DNA of 64,000 bases from Schizochytrium sp. TIO01 (Eukaryota; Protista; Bigyra: Labyrinthulomycetes): positions 5,302,483 to 5,366,482 of the forward strand of contig SMSO01000032.1 of NCBI GenBank assembly GCA_004764695.1. Reading direction: 5' to 3'. The notes beneath the pieces were generated by a model. It worked only from the letters and a program-made list of their open reading frames with translations. It did no database searches and was not told the DNA's origin. Within the stretch, counting starts at the first letter, position 1; the number at the start of each line of letters is the position of its first letter. Shown here in pieces: positions 62,510-64,000 of the stretch. The position numbers and the translations under genes were made by a program.

Positions 62510-63535
62510 TTAGAGACCATACATCATCACGTCGTGCAAGAAGCCTCCAATAGGCGCTCCAAATAGTGGGCCTATGATGTAGACCCACATGCCGCTTTGA
62601 GGGCCTGGAATTGAGATATTTTTCCAACCCATAGCATATGTCACGATGCGTGGGCCAAAATCACGAGCAGGGTTGATGCTAGTCTGACTGATGGGAGCAA
62701 ACACTGAAACAATAATGCAAATTACCAAGCCAATGCCAATTGCAACTGTTCCTCCACTAATACGAAGCTGGTGACGTGCATCAGTTAGACAAAGAACACC
62801 AAACATAAGAAAACCTGTGCCCATGGCTTCAATGCCAAAAGCACCGGCGGGAGAAACTGTCTGGGCAGTCCAATTTGTATCAGAGTTGACAAAGCTTGGA
62901 TTAGGAAAGTAACTGTTGAACGGGGAGGAGGAAAGCTGACTGCCATATTGGCCCCGAATCAATCCATCCGAGTCTTCGAGAATGGCAATCATATTGGACC
63001 AGGTGCCATATACCATGAAAGCACCAATAATACCAGCAGCGATTTGAGCAAGCCAAAACGGCAATAGCTTCCAAATTGGGAAATGTTCTGGACGAAGGAC
63101 CGCAAAGCCGAGGGATACCGCAGGATTTAGATGAGCACCACTAACGCTTGCAGTGCAAAGAACAGCTACAGTGACAACAATTCCCCAAAGCGCTCCTACA
63201 GGGAAAAGACCAGCATATGCACCAGCAATGATAGAGCATACATTTACACCAAGCCCGAAGTATACAACTATGAAGGTACCTACAAATTCGGCAATCATTT
63301 GTTGGATTAGTGTCGGGGGGCGCATGTCATCAGGGGATTCTGTAGGAAATCCACGAACTTTATGGGTCCATGTAACATACCTGCGATGCATGGTGACAAA
63401 GTCTGAGTCGGATTCCGTGCTGTTAGACTCCAAATCTTTCTGATGAGGATTGTTCTCGTCGAAAACCTTGCCCACCTCTTCATCTTTTGTATTGAGGACG
63501 TTGAGAGCATCGTGGGAGGTCGTCTCCAGTGACAT
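62510..63535 (-). CDS. Aquaglyceroporin (MIP family), paralogue B
   Basis: AEFVGT, SGAHLNPAVS, SINPARDFGPR, WVYIIGPLFGA. First ATG at 63535 (the ORF track uses GTG 63604). Confidence 0.95.
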   Translation of the reverse strand: MSLETTSHDALNVLNTKDEEVGKVFDENNPHQKDLESNSTESDSDFVTMHRRYVTWTHKVRGFPTESPDDMRPPTLIQQMIAEFVGTFIVVYFGLGVNVCSIIAGAYAGLFPVGALWGIVVTVAVLCTASVSGAHLNPAVSLGFAVLRPEHFPIWKLLPFWLAQIAAGIIGAFMVYGTWSNMIAILEDSDGLIRGQYGSQLSSSPFNSYFPNPSFVNSDTNWTAQTVSPAGAFGIEAMGTGFLMFGVLCLTDARHQLRISGGTVAIGIGLVICIIVSVFAPISQTSINPARDFGPRIVTYAMGWKNISIPGPQSGMWVYIIGPLFGAPIGGFLHDVMMYGL

Positions 63536-64000
63536 TTTCTTGATCTCCACCGATGGATTGAAAACAAGGGGGACCTTTGTTATGCTACCAGCTAGCTTCT
63601 CCACCTTGCAAGGCAGTTGCTTAAACTTGGATTGATCTCGCGTTTATGCCCACAATGTATATAGTTTACGGTGGTGTAAGTTGAATTCGTAAGTCCAAAT
63701 CTAGTTTTACCTGATTGTGGTTTTAGAATTTCGTGACGTTTGGGTTTTGGATTAGGTTGCAAACCATGACAAGTTTAGATTACAGAATATTTCACTATTA
63801 GCAAAGAACAAAGAGCATAGAGGAGCACAGGGGCGAGACCCAGGAGTTTGTGATTTACCCCCTGACGCGACCATGCGGTGCAAAAGTGAATCAAATTCGA
63901 TGCCCAAGTATTCAAGTTAGGTTTACTATTGGTTCTGTTCCTACAAATGAGGTTCAATATGCGTTCGAAGAAAGAATGAATTTAATTTCCTCCCTATTTC

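Noticed and set aside
1-64000. tRNA, rRNA, CRISPR arrays, telomeric repeats, intact transposons or viral genes, and selenoprotein UGA read-through
   Set aside because: None seen by eye. The GGTTCG-like hits lack cloverleaf context, and the TGA-ended ORF I checked (50410) hits another stop within three codons.

Overview
This is eukaryotic, gene-dense and intron-poor DNA with AT-rich spacers. It is most consistent with a heterotrophic stramenopile, probably a thraustochytrid (labyrinthulomycete); that assignment is an inference from gene style, crtZ and flagellar/centriole genes. About 20 protein-coding genes can be supported: a multi-IQ-motif protein, RTF1, a 3-exon RNI-like LRR protein, two tandem porphobilinogen deaminases (hemC), a NOL8-like RRM protein, a LIMR/LMBR1-family membrane protein, beta-carotene hydroxylase (crtZ), COG8, PMS2, a bacterial-type ClC protein, a SOS1/NHX7-8-like cation/H+ exchanger, a secreted FG-GAP propeller protein, a Qb-SNARE, CEP120, two aquaglyceroporin paralogues and three proteins of unknown function. 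There is also a probable decayed gene at about 33.8-34.8 kb and an 8.8 kb stretch without an intact gene between the two aquaglyceroporins. I found no rRNA, tRNA, CRISPR array or intact mobile element. The best candidates for new biology are: (1) both hemC copies carry N-terminal signal-anchor-like segments and share a non-canonical C-terminal motif, suggesting membrane-tethered tetrapyrrole synthesis; (2) the salt/osmolyte transporters all deviate at key pore residues (ClC without the proton glutamate, an exchanger with ND changed to AD, and NIP-like aquaglyceroporin filters plus a conserved N-terminal motif); (3) CEP120 appears to have a fourth C2-like domain. All family calls come from motif recognition by eye, not database searches.
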